DNA of 63,776 nt, counting the filler. It is 7 parts of 7 records of this genome, joined end to end, with 100 filler letters (N's around TTAATTAATTAA, not from the genome) between each part and the next. Parts side by side here need not be neighbours in the genome. Positions count along the whole stretch, not along the records: positions 6,393 to 11,966 come from SRR31156797_70261; positions 12,067 to 17,916 come from SRR31156797_70304; positions 18,017 to 33,050 come from SRR31156797_70393; 4 more parts are not named here. One strand, 5' to 3'. The notes beneath the pieces were generated by a model that worked only from the letters and a program-made list of their open reading frames with translations, did no database searches and was not told the origin of the DNA. Below, one piece after another: positions 9,985-20,262 of the stretch (positions within the stretch are counted from its first letter, which is position 1; each line of letters opens with the position of its first letter). The translations under genes and the position numbers were made by a program.

Positions 9985-10592
9985 CACTCCTCGTCCTCCA
10001 GGCGCCTGAGACGGTCCCGCTGGCCACGGAGGAACTGAGGGGACGCATCACGGAGAGACCGCTCGCGCCGCCCGCCCGGGCTTGCAGAGGAAAGGCCCCT
10101 CTGGATGAGGTTTCTGAACCGCCTGTCGGGAACCGTGCTCTCCGCCTCCGTCTCCAGGCGGATGGAGTCCAGGGTCTCCTTATCGCTGATCTCGGAGATG
10201 AGGTTCACAGAGCTGCCGCCCATGCCGATCAGAAAGACCTGGTTACCCACCTCCACGAGATGGAGGGAGTTGTCACGCCTCATATGCCTGGTGGAGAGGA
10301 TGCGGATCCTCTCCTCGCCGTTCTCGGCCATGGGGCTGATCTTCCTGAGGAAGTAGAGCAGAAGATAGATGACCCCGATGATGGCGATCAGCACGACGGC
10401 GACGCGCAGAAGATCTCCGAAACCGACGGTCGCGGGAACGGCTTCCTCCGCCGGGGCCTGAGCGCCGGCCTCGGGGAAAACAGGCAGTTCCTCTTCGTTG
10501 ACCACAGGAAATCCGCCTGGCTCAGCCGCCTCCTGTGCCCCGGGGCTCAGGATCACAGCGCAGAAAAAGAGCAGTAGTAGAAGATGTTTCAG
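9984..10592 (-). CDS. fliO: flagellar protein FliO/FliZ (start uncertain; possibly CTG at 10592)
   Basis: Signal-like segment, TM helix and LHLVEVGNQVFLIG motif. Lies between fliY and fliP. Confidence 0.85.
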   Translation of the reverse strand: MKHLLLLLFFCAVILSPGAQEAAEPGGFPVVNEEELPVFPEAGAQAPAEEAVPATVGFGDLLRVAVVLIAIIGVIYLLLYFLRKISPMAENGEERIRILSTRHMRRDNSLHLVEVGNQVFLIGMGGSSVNLISEISDKETLDSIRLETEAESTVPDRRFRNLIQRGLSSASPGGRRERSLRDASPQFLRGQRDRLRRLEDEE

Positions 10593-10686
10593 AATCCCCC
10601 TCCCAATATTTTCCAGGGGCTTCCGGCCGGAGGAGAGGACGTTAGTCGGAACGCCCCGCTCACCGTTCAAGAAGCCCTATTATCCT

Positions 10687-11910
10687 TTAGCTTTCTCCCA
10701 TCCGATCCAGATTGGAAACGATATCCGTAACACGGACACCGAAGTTTTCATCGATAACCACGACCTCGCCCTTGGCGATCAAGTTGTTGTTAACCAGAAT
10801 ATCCACCGCCTCACCGGCCAGTTTATCCAGCTCGATAATGGTTCCCTCACCGATGCCCAGGATATCCTTGATCTGCCACTTGGCCCTTCCGAGCTCTACG
10901 GTCAGCTCCATGGAAACGTCCATGAGAAGGCCGATGTTCCTCTGTTCCGAGGGTGAGATATTGTCTCCGAACTCGGGAAACTGCACTCCCTGGACATTGG
11001 GAGGAGCCTGCTGCATCATGTAGGGATTCATCTGCTGCATGCCCCCCATCATGGGCTGGCCGGGCATTCCCATACCCATTCCCTGCTGGGGCATTCCGCC
11101 CATCATAGGCTGACCGGGCATCCCCATGCCGCCCGCGGCGGGCTGTCCGGGCATCCCCATCCCCATACCCTGCTGCATGCCGCCCATATCGGGGGCTCCC
11201 ATTCCGGGCATACCGCCCATAGCCGCGGCGGGATCGGGTGCGGCAGCGGCGGCTTCGGGAGCGGCGCCCAGCCTGGACGCCAATTCGGAAGCGACGCTCT
11301 CCTCGAGCACCTCTATCATTTCAAGAGGGCCCTGGCCCTCGATATCCACGGGATAGCTGATCATCACAAGGCTCTCTCCTCCGGGAGAGAGGAGGCCCTT
11401 GGCGATCTTCTGGCTCTCGGGGCTGATGGTCATGATATTGGTTCCCACGGTGTCGCCGATGTAGGTGACCTCGGAACCGGTGATCTGGCTGACCGCCTCG
11501 CCCACGGCGCTGATGGCCGTGCCGTCCATCTCCACATCGCTCTGCCCGATCATGGGACCGGCGATCTTAACGGCGTTATCGGGGGTGAAAACAAAGGCAT
11601 GGCCTCCGCTGACGCCCTGATTGAAGTCCATCCTGACCTCTACGATCTCATCGCTGAGCCGGGACATCAGATCATCCCGGGAAAGGCTCTCCACAGCGGG
11701 AGACCCGATGGTGACACCGGTGGACATGATCCCGCTCATGGTAGCGCTCAGATTTCCGACGACGCCGCCGAAAAGGCCTTTGAGAGCTTCCATTTCAGAG
11801 CCGCCCAGGCCGCCCGAGCCGCCTGCGGGAGCGGCATCCATGCCGCCAAGTGAGTCATTACCCATCAACAGAGCATCAATTTCATCTTGAGAGAGGGAAC
11901 CGTCACTCAT
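10687..11910 (-). CDS. fliY: flagellar switch protein FliY/FliN (CheC-like domain + FliN domain)
   Basis: LSQDEIDALL CheY-binding peptide and C-terminal FliN domain (LTVELGR...GEVVVIDENFGVRV). Confidence 0.93.
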   Translation of the reverse strand: MSDGSLSQDEIDALLMGNDSLGGMDAAPAGGSGGLGGSEMEALKGLFGGVVGNLSATMSGIMSTGVTIGSPAVESLSRDDLMSRLSDEIVEVRMDFNQGVSGGHAFVFTPDNAVKIAGPMIGQSDVEMDGTAISAVGEAVSQITGSEVTYIGDTVGTNIMTISPESQKIAKGLLSPGGESLVMISYPVDIEGQGPLEMIEVLEESVASELASRLGAAPEAAAAAPDPAAAMGGMPGMGAPDMGGMQQGMGMGMPGQPAAGGMGMPGQPMMGGMPQQGMGMGMPGQPMMGGMQQMNPYMMQQAPPNVQGVQFPEFGDNISPSEQRNIGLLMDVSMELTVELGRAKWQIKDILGIGEGTIIELDKLAGEAVDILVNNNLIAKGEVVVIDENFGVRVTDIVSNLDRMGES

Positions 11911-11966
11911 TCTTCGTCTCCTTCAACGGCCAGTTCTTCAAAGTCCGTCTGATCTATATCTTCTAT
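11907..11966 (-). CDS. fliM: C-terminal 19 aa of the upstream gene, probably FliM
   Basis: IEDIDQTDFEELAVEGDEE* with its stop overlapping the fliY start (ATGA). Called mainly from gene order. Confidence 0.65.
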   Translation of the reverse strand: MEDIDQTDFEELAVEGDEE

Positions 11967-12066
11967 NNNNNNNNNNNNNNNNNNNNNNNNNNNNNNNNNN
12001 NNNNNNNNNNTTAATTAATTAANNNNNNNNNNNNNNNNNNNNNNNNNNNNNNNNNNNNNNNNNNNN
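11967..12066. other. artificial contig linker
   Basis: N-run + TTAATTAATTAA + N-run. Confidence 0.98.
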
Positions 12067-12398
12067 GCGGCGATCGCATCCAGCTTCTGATCTAACCGCC
12101 GCGCACCTCGTTGATGATGACATTCCGAATGCGCGGAAAGGCGGAAATCTGGGGGTTTTTAATCAGGGAACTGCTGGTTAGAGCAGTGTTTCCGTCAACG
12201 AGTCCCCACACTGTCCCCCACACCGGATTCTTTTTGCAAGTGGGCCCCGGCCACCGTCAAAGTTATGTAGCGCTAATCCGTCACGAGCATCTGCGGTTTC
12301 CGACGAAAATTGAGTTCCAATCCCACTTTCCGCTACGCCGCCACAATCGCTTGACGACCGCACTAAGCAACCAAGGACCGATAGTCAATGTGTTGTCG

Positions 12399-12794
12399 GG
12401 GACGCGGCAGTTCGATGTCGTCATGGCGTGGTCGGTCGATAGATTGGGGCGCGGCCTTCAAGACCTTGTCACCTTCCTTGGGGAACTTCATGCCGTCAGT
12501 GTCGACCTCTTCATCCATCAGCAGGACGTCGACACGACGACACCGGCTGGGAAAGCGATGTTCCAGATGATGGGCGTCTTTGCGCAATTCGAACGGGCGA
12601 TGATCCAGGAGCGTGTGAAGGCCGGTTTGAAAAAAGCAAAAGCCGCCGGTGTCAAACTTGGTCGCCCCGCCGTTAAGGCCGAAACCAGACTGGCGGTACT
12701 TACCCTTGCCGAATCCGGGGAGTCGATCCGCTCAATCGCCGCCGAGATAAGGTTGGGCGTCGGCACTGTCCATCGGATAGTGAAGGCGGCTTAA
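12399..12794 (+). pseudogene. N-terminally truncated serine recombinase (resolvase/invertase)
   Basis: FDVVMAWSVDRLGR, FAQFERAMIQERVKAG, GRP and HTH motifs are present. The N-terminal YxRVS catalytic-serine motif is absent upstream. Confidence 0.8.
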
Positions 12795-12936
12795 CCGGCG
12801 GTGCGGCGTTAAGTGACCGGAAAGAAAATCTCTTTCCTTTCGACCGTCTGGTTTTCGTTCCAATGCGGAAGCCAGCCGACATCGGCTCTGAATACCGTTT
12901 TGTGCCAGATAGATATATCTCTTGTATTCACAGTGC

Positions 12937-13746
12937 CTACTGGGTAGCACGCAAATTCAGAGCGATATCCGGAAAGTTCGTGGTGAAGGTGGCTACCTTC
13001 AGGTCTAGCATGCGCCGAATGGTGGCCTCGTCGTTGACGCCGTAAGCACCCATGCGGATTCCGGTGGCCTGGGCCGACTCCATGGCTGTGGGGCCGAGAT
13101 CGGTGGCGTGCAGCGCGATTTCGGCCAGGCCGTGGCGGACGGCGATATCGAGGATCGGTTCGATGCCGCCGGTGTGGCGGTAGACCAATCGGTTGACCAG
13201 CCAGATCATCGGTGTGTCGGCGGCGACATTGTGAAAACGGTCCAGGATGCCGACGAAGAAGGACGTGATGACGGCGCGATCCGACATCCCACTTTCCGAA
13301 AGGATTCGCGCGACGTCGGACTCCAGATCGGGGTAAGGGACTTTATCGGCATTGCCCTTGATTTCAACCCGGACGATCAGCGGGCTTGGGCGAAAAAGGT
13401 TGAGTACCTCCGAAAACAATGGAATTCGATCGGCCTCGGTTCCCTTGATGGTGTGGTGCGCGAGTTCGTCGAAGGTCGCGTCCACGATGCTCCCGAAGCC
13501 GTCCGTCATCCGCTCCAGCGTCGGATCATGATGAACGACCAGTTGGCCGTCTCGGGTCGGATGGACGTCGAACTCGACCGCCTCAACAGGCAGGCGGGCG
13601 GCGTTGCGGAACGCTGTCATCGAGTTTTCGGGCCACAGCCCGGCGCCACCGCGATGCGCGGCGATGGAGGTCGGTGATTTGCGGGTCGTCGGCAGGAACG
13701 CCTCCTTACGGTCCGTATCGTGGGGACATCTTGAAATCCAAGACAT
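12937..13746 (-). CDS. glycerophosphodiester phosphodiesterase (GDPD) family
   Basis: AHRGG-PENSM-AF, VEFDV, VVHHD, VEIKG and TTNFPD motifs. Confidence 0.93.
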   Translation of the reverse strand: MSWISRCPHDTDRKEAFLPTTRKSPTSIAAHRGGAGLWPENSMTAFRNAARLPVEAVEFDVHPTRDGQLVVHHDPTLERMTDGFGSIVDATFDELAHHTIKGTEADRIPLFSEVLNLFRPSPLIVRVEIKGNADKVPYPDLESDVARILSESGMSDRAVITSFFVGILDRFHNVAADTPMIWLVNRLVYRHTGGIEPILDIAVRHGLAEIALHATDLGPTAMESAQATGIRMGAYGVNDEATIRRMLDLKVATFTTNFPDIALNLRATQ

Positions 13747-13880
13747 AGTTTCACTGTGCCGTCATAAAAATGCAATAGATTGTGCGTATATAAGAATTAC
13801 GCAGTTATTATTGCCTGGGCTACCCGTTTGCGGTACCGTTCATGGGGCGCTTGTTGGCAGGCAAAGGCATTATTTGCACA

Positions 13881-14795
13881 ATGGCAACAACGATCCGCGA
13901 CACCATAGAACAATATGACGGCCGCCTTTCCCGGTCGGACCGCCGGTTGGTGCAAGTGCTGTTGTCGGCACCCGGTGGCGGAGCGTTCCTGTCGTCGATC
14001 GAGGTGGCAGAACGAGCCGGAGTTCACCCGACCACGGCGGTGCGGCTGGCGCGGAAACTGGGCTTTCGGGGCTATCCCGAATTGCGCGCCAAGCTGCAGG
14101 AAGATTTTGTCAGCGACAGTGGCGCCGAACGCGTCCAAAAGCGTCTCGCCAAGATGGGTGAAAGCTCGATCCTGCAATCCATCGTCGCCAGCGAGGTTGC
14201 GGCACTGCAATCCATTCCCGAGCATATCAGCCAGGACCAAATCGAGGCCGCGACGTCTCTGCTGATTGGTGCCGAGCGAATTGCCGTGTTCGGTGTCGGG
14301 CATGCCTCGGCGTTGGCCGACCTGATGTCCCGGCGGCTAAACCGGTCGGGCTATGCGGCGTCGGTATTTCACCATTTTGGTTGGGAAACGCCCGAGAAGG
14401 TCATGGGGCTGGGACCCAAAGGGGTCCTGGTTGCCTTCGCCTTCCGGGTCATTCCCGACAGCCTGCCGGCGCTGCTGGATTTCGTCCGCAGCACCGGGGC
14501 GAGTTCCATCATCATCAGCGACCTCGTCGGACCGATGATTCGGCCTCAGCCGGATGTGCTTCTGGCGGCGTCGCGCGGTACCGAGGGTGAGTCGCAGTCG
14601 CTGACGGTGCCCATGGCGATTTGCAATGCACTGATCCTTGAAATGTCAAAGCGGGACGGCGGTCGATCGGTCGCCTCACTCGAACGCTTGACCGAGGTAC
14701 GTGCCGCCCTGGCACGTTTTTCCGGTCGGCCCGCGCCGGACCTGCCAAACCCAAAAAACAATATGAAAATAAAATCTCGAAAACCGGAGGAGTAA
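13881..14795 (+). CDS. RpiR/MurR-family regulator (HTH + SIS)
   Basis: EVAERAGVHPTTAVRLARKLGFRGYPEL HTH and SIS domain IAVFGVGHAS. Confidence 0.93.
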   Translation: MATTIRDTIEQYDGRLSRSDRRLVQVLLSAPGGGAFLSSIEVAERAGVHPTTAVRLARKLGFRGYPELRAKLQEDFVSDSGAERVQKRLAKMGESSILQSIVASEVAALQSIPEHISQDQIEAATSLLIGAERIAVFGVGHASALADLMSRRLNRSGYAASVFHHFGWETPEKVMGLGPKGVLVAFAFRVIPDSLPALLDFVRSTGASSIIISDLVGPMIRPQPDVLLAASRGTEGESQSLTVPMAICNALILEMSKRDGGRSVASLERLTEVRAALARFSGRPAPDLPNPKNNMKIKSRKPEE

Positions 14796-16396
14796 TGCAG
14801 ATGAGAACTTCATCGACATTGACCGTCATCGGCGGCGCCGTATGCGCAACCGCTCTGATGGCTAGTCTGTGGGGTGGCGAGGCGGTCGCTGCCGGTCGTC
14901 CCGACATTTCCATCGCGGTCAACAAGCTGGCCCGCAATTTGGACCCGGCGAAGCAAACCGGCAACGTCGACGTGCGGGTCTATTACTCGATTTACGATAC
15001 GCTTATTCGGCGGGATTTCCGCAATCCGCCGAAGGTCGGCGCGAAGCTGGAACCCGGCTTGGCCACCTCATGGAAACGGATCGATCCGAAGACCCTGGAA
15101 CTTAATCTTCGCAAGGGCGTAACCTGCCACGACGGCAATCCCTTCAACGCCGACGACGTGCTGGCCACATTCTCGGCTGAGCGCCTGCGTGGGCCGAAAT
15201 CCTTCAATCCGCGCGGCCGTGTTTATTTCGGTCATGTGATCGACGTACAAAAAATAGACGACTTTAAGGTTCGTTTCGTCACCGAGAAACCCGATCTGAT
15301 CCTGGAACAGCGGCTGTCCAGCTACACGGCCTTCGTCATTTGCGACGAGGCGTGGAACGCCTTCAAGACCGAAGGCGAGGACTACATGGTCTGGATGGAC
15401 AAGGCCTTCAAGGGCTTGCGCTGGAAGCCGGTGGCAACCGGCCCGTACAAGGCCGTCAGCTATCGCAAGAACGATCATATCAAGCTCGAATCCCACGATG
15501 ACTATTGGGGCGGCAAGCCGGCGGCAGCGTCCGTGACGTTCAAGGAAGTGCCCGAGGTCGCGGCCCGCATTTCCGGCGTTGTCAGCGGCGAATACGACAT
15601 GGCCGTCGAGGTTCCGCCGGATCAATGGGAAGTCCTGGACCGCTACGACGACATCGTCACCAAGTCGGTGGTGCTCGACAACAGTCACGTATTGGTGTTC
15701 AACACCCAGACCATCAAAAGCAAGAAGCTCCGCCACGCCATGAGCATGGCCATCGATCGCAAGACCTTGATCGACAGCCTGTGGAAGGGTCAGACCTATA
15801 CACCGAACGGCCATCAGCTCGCCAGCTTCGGCGAGATGTATCAACCCGACCGCAAGGGTTACGTCTATGATCCGGAAAAAGCCAAGCAATTGGTCAAGGA
15901 ATCGGGCTACGGTGGCGAGGAAATCACCTACCGGCTGATTCCCGGCTATTACCTCAATAATGTCGAGGCGGCCCAGGCCATTCAGGAAATGTGGCGCAAA
16001 GTCGGCATCAATACCAAGCTTGAATTCGTCGAGAGTTTCAAGAAGGTTCGGACCAAGGACACCATGGCCTACTCCTGGTCGAATACGTATCGCCTTCCAG
16101 ACCCGACGGGTGCGATCTTGGCCAACTGGGGGCAGAGCAGCGGCATTCAAGCCAAGCAAAAATACTTCCAGCCGCCGCAGGAATTCAACGATCTCGGCAC
16201 CAAGTTGTTCGGCATGAGCGACATGAAAAAACGCTCGGCGGCCTTCAATCGCATGCTGGATATCTTCGAGGACGAAATGGCGATGACGATCCTCTACAAC
16301 CCCATCGTCACGTTCGCGATGAAGAAGAACGTCGACTGGACTCCCTATTCGTTGTTCTTCATGGACTTCCGTCCGGATAACTTTTCGATCAAGTAG
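14795..16396 (+). CDS. family 5 ABC substrate-binding protein, AccA-like
   Basis: Signal peptide, PGLATSW-LRKGV-HDG-ADDV and PVATGPYK motifs. DTLIRRDF, TFSAERL and WSN resemble Agrobacterium AccA as recalled. Confidence 0.9.
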   Translation: MQMRTSSTLTVIGGAVCATALMASLWGGEAVAAGRPDISIAVNKLARNLDPAKQTGNVDVRVYYSIYDTLIRRDFRNPPKVGAKLEPGLATSWKRIDPKTLELNLRKGVTCHDGNPFNADDVLATFSAERLRGPKSFNPRGRVYFGHVIDVQKIDDFKVRFVTEKPDLILEQRLSSYTAFVICDEAWNAFKTEGEDYMVWMDKAFKGLRWKPVATGPYKAVSYRKNDHIKLESHDDYWGGKPAAASVTFKEVPEVAARISGVVSGEYDMAVEVPPDQWEVLDRYDDIVTKSVVLDNSHVLVFNTQTIKSKKLRHAMSMAIDRKTLIDSLWKGQTYTPNGHQLASFGEMYQPDRKGYVYDPEKAKQLVKESGYGGEEITYRLIPGYYLNNVEAAQAIQEMWRKVGINTKLEFVESFKKVRTKDTMAYSWSNTYRLPDPTGAILANWGQSSGIQAKQKYFQPPQEFNDLGTKLFGMSDMKKRSAAFNRMLDIFEDEMAMTILYNPIVTFAMKKNVDWTPYSLFFMDFRPDNFSIK

Positions 16397-16458
16397 TGAA
16401 TAACGCGAGACGGGTCGCCGTGGTGTTATGCTGCGGCGACCCCACTCGCGGCACTCAC

Positions 16459-17292
16459 ATGGACACACTACTTTCGATCGAAAAGCTCAACGTGACCTTC
16501 CGCACCGAAGACGAAATCATCTATGCGGTGCGCGACGTGTCGTTCGCGGTCGGACGTGGCCGCACCCTTGGTATCGTCGGCGAAAGCGGTAGCGGCAAGA
16601 GCGCCAGCTGTCAGGCGATCATGGGCCTGACTCCTGAAAACGGCGCTGTCCGGGCCGACCGGATCGATTTCGACGGCGCCGACATCAGCGGGCTTTCCGA
16701 AAAGGCGATGGAATCCATTCGTGGCCGGGACATGGCGATGGTGTTCCAGGACCCGATGTCGTCGCTCAACCCCGTTCACACCATCGGCAGACAGATCGTC
16801 GAAAGCCTGACGCTTCATCGGGGCATGACCCGGGACGACGCGCGTGACGAAGCGCGCAGCCTGTTGGATCTCGTCGGTATTCCGGAACCGGTCCGGCGTC
16901 TCAAGGAATATCCGCACCAATTGTCCGGCGGCATGTGCCAGCGGGCGATGATCGCCATGGCGCTGGCGTGCCGACCGGCGGTTCTGTTCGCCGATGAGCC
17001 GACAACGGCACTGGACGTCACGGTCCAGGCCCAAATTCTGGAATTGATGAAAAGGCTTCAGGCCGAATTGGCGATGTCCATCGTTCTGGTCACCCACGAT
17101 CTTGGTGTGATCGCCGAAATGGCCGACGACGTAGTGGTGATGCGCTACGGCCAAGTCGTCGAGGCCGGTCCGGTGCGAAAAATCTTCGAGTATCCAAAGC
17201 ATCCGTACACCATCGAACTCCTCGAAAAGATTCCGCGGCTCGATCGGCCTTCGCCGGTTTATGAGCCGCCCCGGGCGGGGGCGGGCACATGA
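16459..17292 (+). CDS. Opp/Dpp-type ABC ATPase
   Basis: GESGSGKS, YPHQLSGGMCQR and DEPTTALD motifs. Confidence 0.93.
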   Translation: MDTLLSIEKLNVTFRTEDEIIYAVRDVSFAVGRGRTLGIVGESGSGKSASCQAIMGLTPENGAVRADRIDFDGADISGLSEKAMESIRGRDMAMVFQDPMSSLNPVHTIGRQIVESLTLHRGMTRDDARDEARSLLDLVGIPEPVRRLKEYPHQLSGGMCQRAMIAMALACRPAVLFADEPTTALDVTVQAQILELMKRLQAELAMSIVLVTHDLGVIAEMADDVVVMRYGQVVEAGPVRKIFEYPKHPYTIELLEKIPRLDRPSPVYEPPRAGAGT

Positions 17293-17916
17293 ATGAAGTT
17301 CGGCCTCTTTTATTGGCGGACGGTCTGGTCCGTCATTTCCGCAAACCCAAGCAGGCTCCATTTTCGCGCCGCGAGGTCGTACACGCGGTCGATGGGGTGT
17401 CGTTCTTCATCCGCCCCGGCGAAACGCTTGGACTTGTCGGCGAGAGCGGCTGCGGCAAGTCGACCACCGGGCGCATGGTCATCGGCATCGACCAACCGAC
17501 GACCGGCCGTGTGTCGTTCAACGCGGTCGACCTGTCGACCCTGGCCAAGGGCGATCTGCGCCATTTGCGCCGCGATATCCAGATGATTTTCCAGAATCCC
17601 GTCGGGGCATTGGATCCACGCATCCCCGTCGGCAGGCAAATTCGCGAACCCCTGGACATTCATGAGGTCGGAACACCGGCGGCCCGCGAGGAGACGGTGT
17701 CCGACATGCTGTCCTCCGTCGGTTTGGAACCGGAAATAGCGGCGCGGTATCCACACGAACTCAGTGGCGGGCAGGCACAACGAATCGTCATCGCCCGCGC
17801 CTTGGTCGTCAAGCCGCGCCTGCTGGTATGCGACGAACCCGTCTCGGCGCTCGATGTCAGCGTCCAAGCCCAGGTCGTCGCACTATTGGCGGATTTGCAG
17901 AAGAAAATGGGCGTCG
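17289..17916 (+). CDS. second Opp/Dpp-type ABC ATPase (3' truncated)
   Basis: GESGCGKS, YPHELSGGQ and DEPVSALD motifs. Confidence 0.93.
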
Positions 17917-18016
17917 NNNNNNNNNNNNNNNNNNNNNNNNNNNNNNNNNNNNNNNNNNNNTTAATTAATTAANNNNNNNNNNNNNNNNNNNNNNNNNNNN
18001 NNNNNNNNNNNNNNNN
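17917..18016. other. artificial contig linker
   Basis: N-run + TTAATTAATTAA + N-run. Confidence 0.98.
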
Positions 18017-18834
18017 TCATCACAGAGAATGGGACGATCCCAGCCGTCACCTTTATTTGTAGGAAAGGTGATCAAGCCGGTAATGCGATTCTTGCCTTTG
18101 ACGTCCTTGTGGGTCACGACCTTGGTCACACCCGCCATGGCCTCTGCCTCGGAAACATCAATAGACACAATCTTGGCATGGGAGACTTCAGCCTGCACCA
18201 GAGCACATTGAAGTGTTTCCTCCGGCATTTTAACACCAATATCTGCACCGAAGTCAGTGGTGCCAGTAACCTTGGCAATAGCACTCGGACGTGGAAACTT
18301 TGTACCCCATATCCTTCCATCAGCAGGGATTTTAAAGGCCAGATCGTCCATGCTCATCTCGCCGCGCAAAACCTTGGCTGCATCCATGGTAGCATCTACA
18401 AGCTGCTTATAACCTGTACAACGGCAGGCATTGCGATGCTTGTTAAACCAGTCGCGGACCTCTTCTCTGCTAGGATTGATGTTCGTGTCAAGCAACCCTT
18501 TAGCGGAAACAATAAAACCTGGACTGCAAAAACCACACTGCGCTCCACCGTGAGCCATCCACGCCATCTGAATTGGATGCAGGTTATCTGGGGTACCGAT
18601 CCCCTCAATAGTGGTTATTTTTGCACCATCAGCAACACGCCTCATCTTGAGAGCACAAGAACGAACCACTTTGCCATCCATAATGACGCTACAGGCCCCA
18701 CACTGCCCAGTATTACAACCTACCTTGGTACCGGTAAGCATCAGACTCTTTCGTATTACAGTGGATAGGGTATCCTCGGCCCCTACAACAAGGCTCCGAT
18801 TAATACCGTTAACAACAATTTGCTTGTTAATCAT
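18017..18834 (-). CDS. mop: molybdopterin aldehyde oxidoreductase (xanthine oxidase family, D. gigas Mop-like), 3' truncated
   Basis: [2Fe-2S] motifs GCNTGQCGAC, QCGFC and CRCTGY. KGKNRITGLITFPTNKGDGWDRPILCD matches Mop as recalled. Confidence 0.93.
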
Positions 18835-18883
18835 TTTTGTTCCTCCAAATTGAGAATTACTTCATCAATGGGCCGTGCCCATT

Positions 18884-19906
18884 TCAAACTTTTCCAAAAC
18901 CACACACCGGATAACGGCAATTTTCACAGCTTTCACAGAACCCACCATGAGCAAAAGCGACAATATCCTCACGGGTCAATCGCTCTTCTGCAAGGATTCG
19001 GGGAATTACCAGGTCAAAAATGCTAGCCTTGTGGTACATCACGCATCCGGGTAAACCGACGACAGGCACCCCTTCCAGGTAAGCCAGCAAAAACATGGCT
19101 CCTGGATAAGTTGGGGCCCCATAGGTCACGACATCTGCTCCTGTACTTCTAATCGCAGACGGCGTTTGATCATCTGGATCGACACTCATGCCTCCTGTTA
19201 CTGCGATCATATCTGCTCCGTCTGCCACCAAAGAATGAATAGCTGCAACAGTCATATCCACTTCATCTGATACAAAAACCTGATCAATGATGGTTGAGCC
19301 AAGCGTCTTAAACTTTTTTTGCAGTACCGGGCCGAATCCATCTTTTATCCGACCGGTATAGACTTCACTGCCTGTTGTTACCACCCCAACCTTTGCAGAC
19401 TTGAGCGGCTTCACCTGGATAAGAGGAGTACTTCTCCTGCAAATGCTTTCCGCCTTTATCAACAGTTCTCCAGGAACCGCCAATGGGATAACTCTGGTAC
19501 CTGCAAGTGCACGCCCTTTCCGGACAAACTGATAACTGTGAATGGTGCCAAAGGTTACATCTTCAAGTGAATTCAGAGCTAGAAGCCCTTGGACGTTGAT
19601 AGACAGAAGTCCATCAATTGCAGCAGTAAGTGTGACCTTCCCTTCTGTAGGCCCGTCAAAAGTTATATTTTGCCCAGCAGCAGCGGAAGCTAACCTGATG
19701 GCAGCATCATCTTCATGGACATAGCCATCCTTCGGGTCATACACATAAAGATTGGCCTTTCCGATATCAAGCAGAGTCGAAATATCCTGTCCGGTTACCA
19801 CATGTCCTCTCCTGAATGCCGGTCCTTTGGATTCACCAGGGACAATACGGGTAATATCATGACACAGCACGGTGCCCACAGCCTGCTCTACAGGAATTGC
19901 TTTCAT
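18884..19906 (-). CDS. MoeA-like molybdopterin-binding protein
   Basis: VLCHDIT-FRRGH, VTTGSEV, TGGMSVDPDD and GLPGC motifs. C-terminal CxxCxxCxxxxC. Confidence 0.9.
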   Translation of the reverse strand: MKAIPVEQAVGTVLCHDITRIVPGESKGPAFRRGHVVTGQDISTLLDIGKANLYVYDPKDGYVHEDDAAIRLASAAAGQNITFDGPTEGKVTLTAAIDGLLSINVQGLLALNSLEDVTFGTIHSYQFVRKGRALAGTRVIPLAVPGELLIKAESICRRSTPLIQVKPLKSAKVGVVTTGSEVYTGRIKDGFGPVLQKKFKTLGSTIIDQVFVSDEVDMTVAAIHSLVADGADMIAVTGGMSVDPDDQTPSAIRSTGADVVTYGAPTYPGAMFLLAYLEGVPVVGLPGCVMYHKASIFDLVIPRILAEERLTREDIVAFAHGGFCESCENCRYPVCGFGKV

Positions 19907-20075
19907 TTGCCTCCCCTTTGAAATGTTACATCAAACGCAACAACACTCTCCCTTGGGAATATTACCAAGTGTCATTTATAGTTATTTATAGTTCGAATGA
20001 CGAAATTCATTTTTTTTAATAATTTACATACTTCAAAAAACTCACGGATAACTAATAAAGCACAATATAACTCGT

Positions 20076-20091
20076 AGCAAATTTCAGGCCA
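20076..20091 (-). promoter_or_regulatory. sigma54 (-24/-12) promoter of the moeA-like/mop operon
   Basis: Minus strand TGGCCTGAAATTTGCT is GG-N10-GC. A sigma54 activator gene is adjacent. Confidence 0.8.
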
Positions 20092-20189
20092 CCAACTAAC
20101 AACTTCTGTAAAAAGGAAAACAAAACAAGAAACTCAGCCCATAGCGGTTGACCGAGGAAGGGGGGAGGAAATAAATTTGAAAAGAAATA

Positions 20190-20250
20190 TGTGAAGTACC
20201 TGTGAAGCACCTGTGAACTCTTAAAGGGAAAAGGTTACAGTTACTTCACA
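20190..20250. promoter_or_regulatory. candidate upstream activator sites
   Basis: TGTGAAGTACC / TGTGAAGCACC / TGTGAACTC at an 11-nt period, plus inverted TTACTTCACA at 20241-20250. About 100-160 nt upstream of the -24. Confidence 0.55.
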
Positions 20251-20262
20251 CTGCTCCCATGA

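Noticed and set aside
15068-17361. Long antisense ORFs (466 aa, 297 aa) opposite the ABC genes
   Set aside because: Shadow ORFs of GC-rich coding sequence with no motifs.
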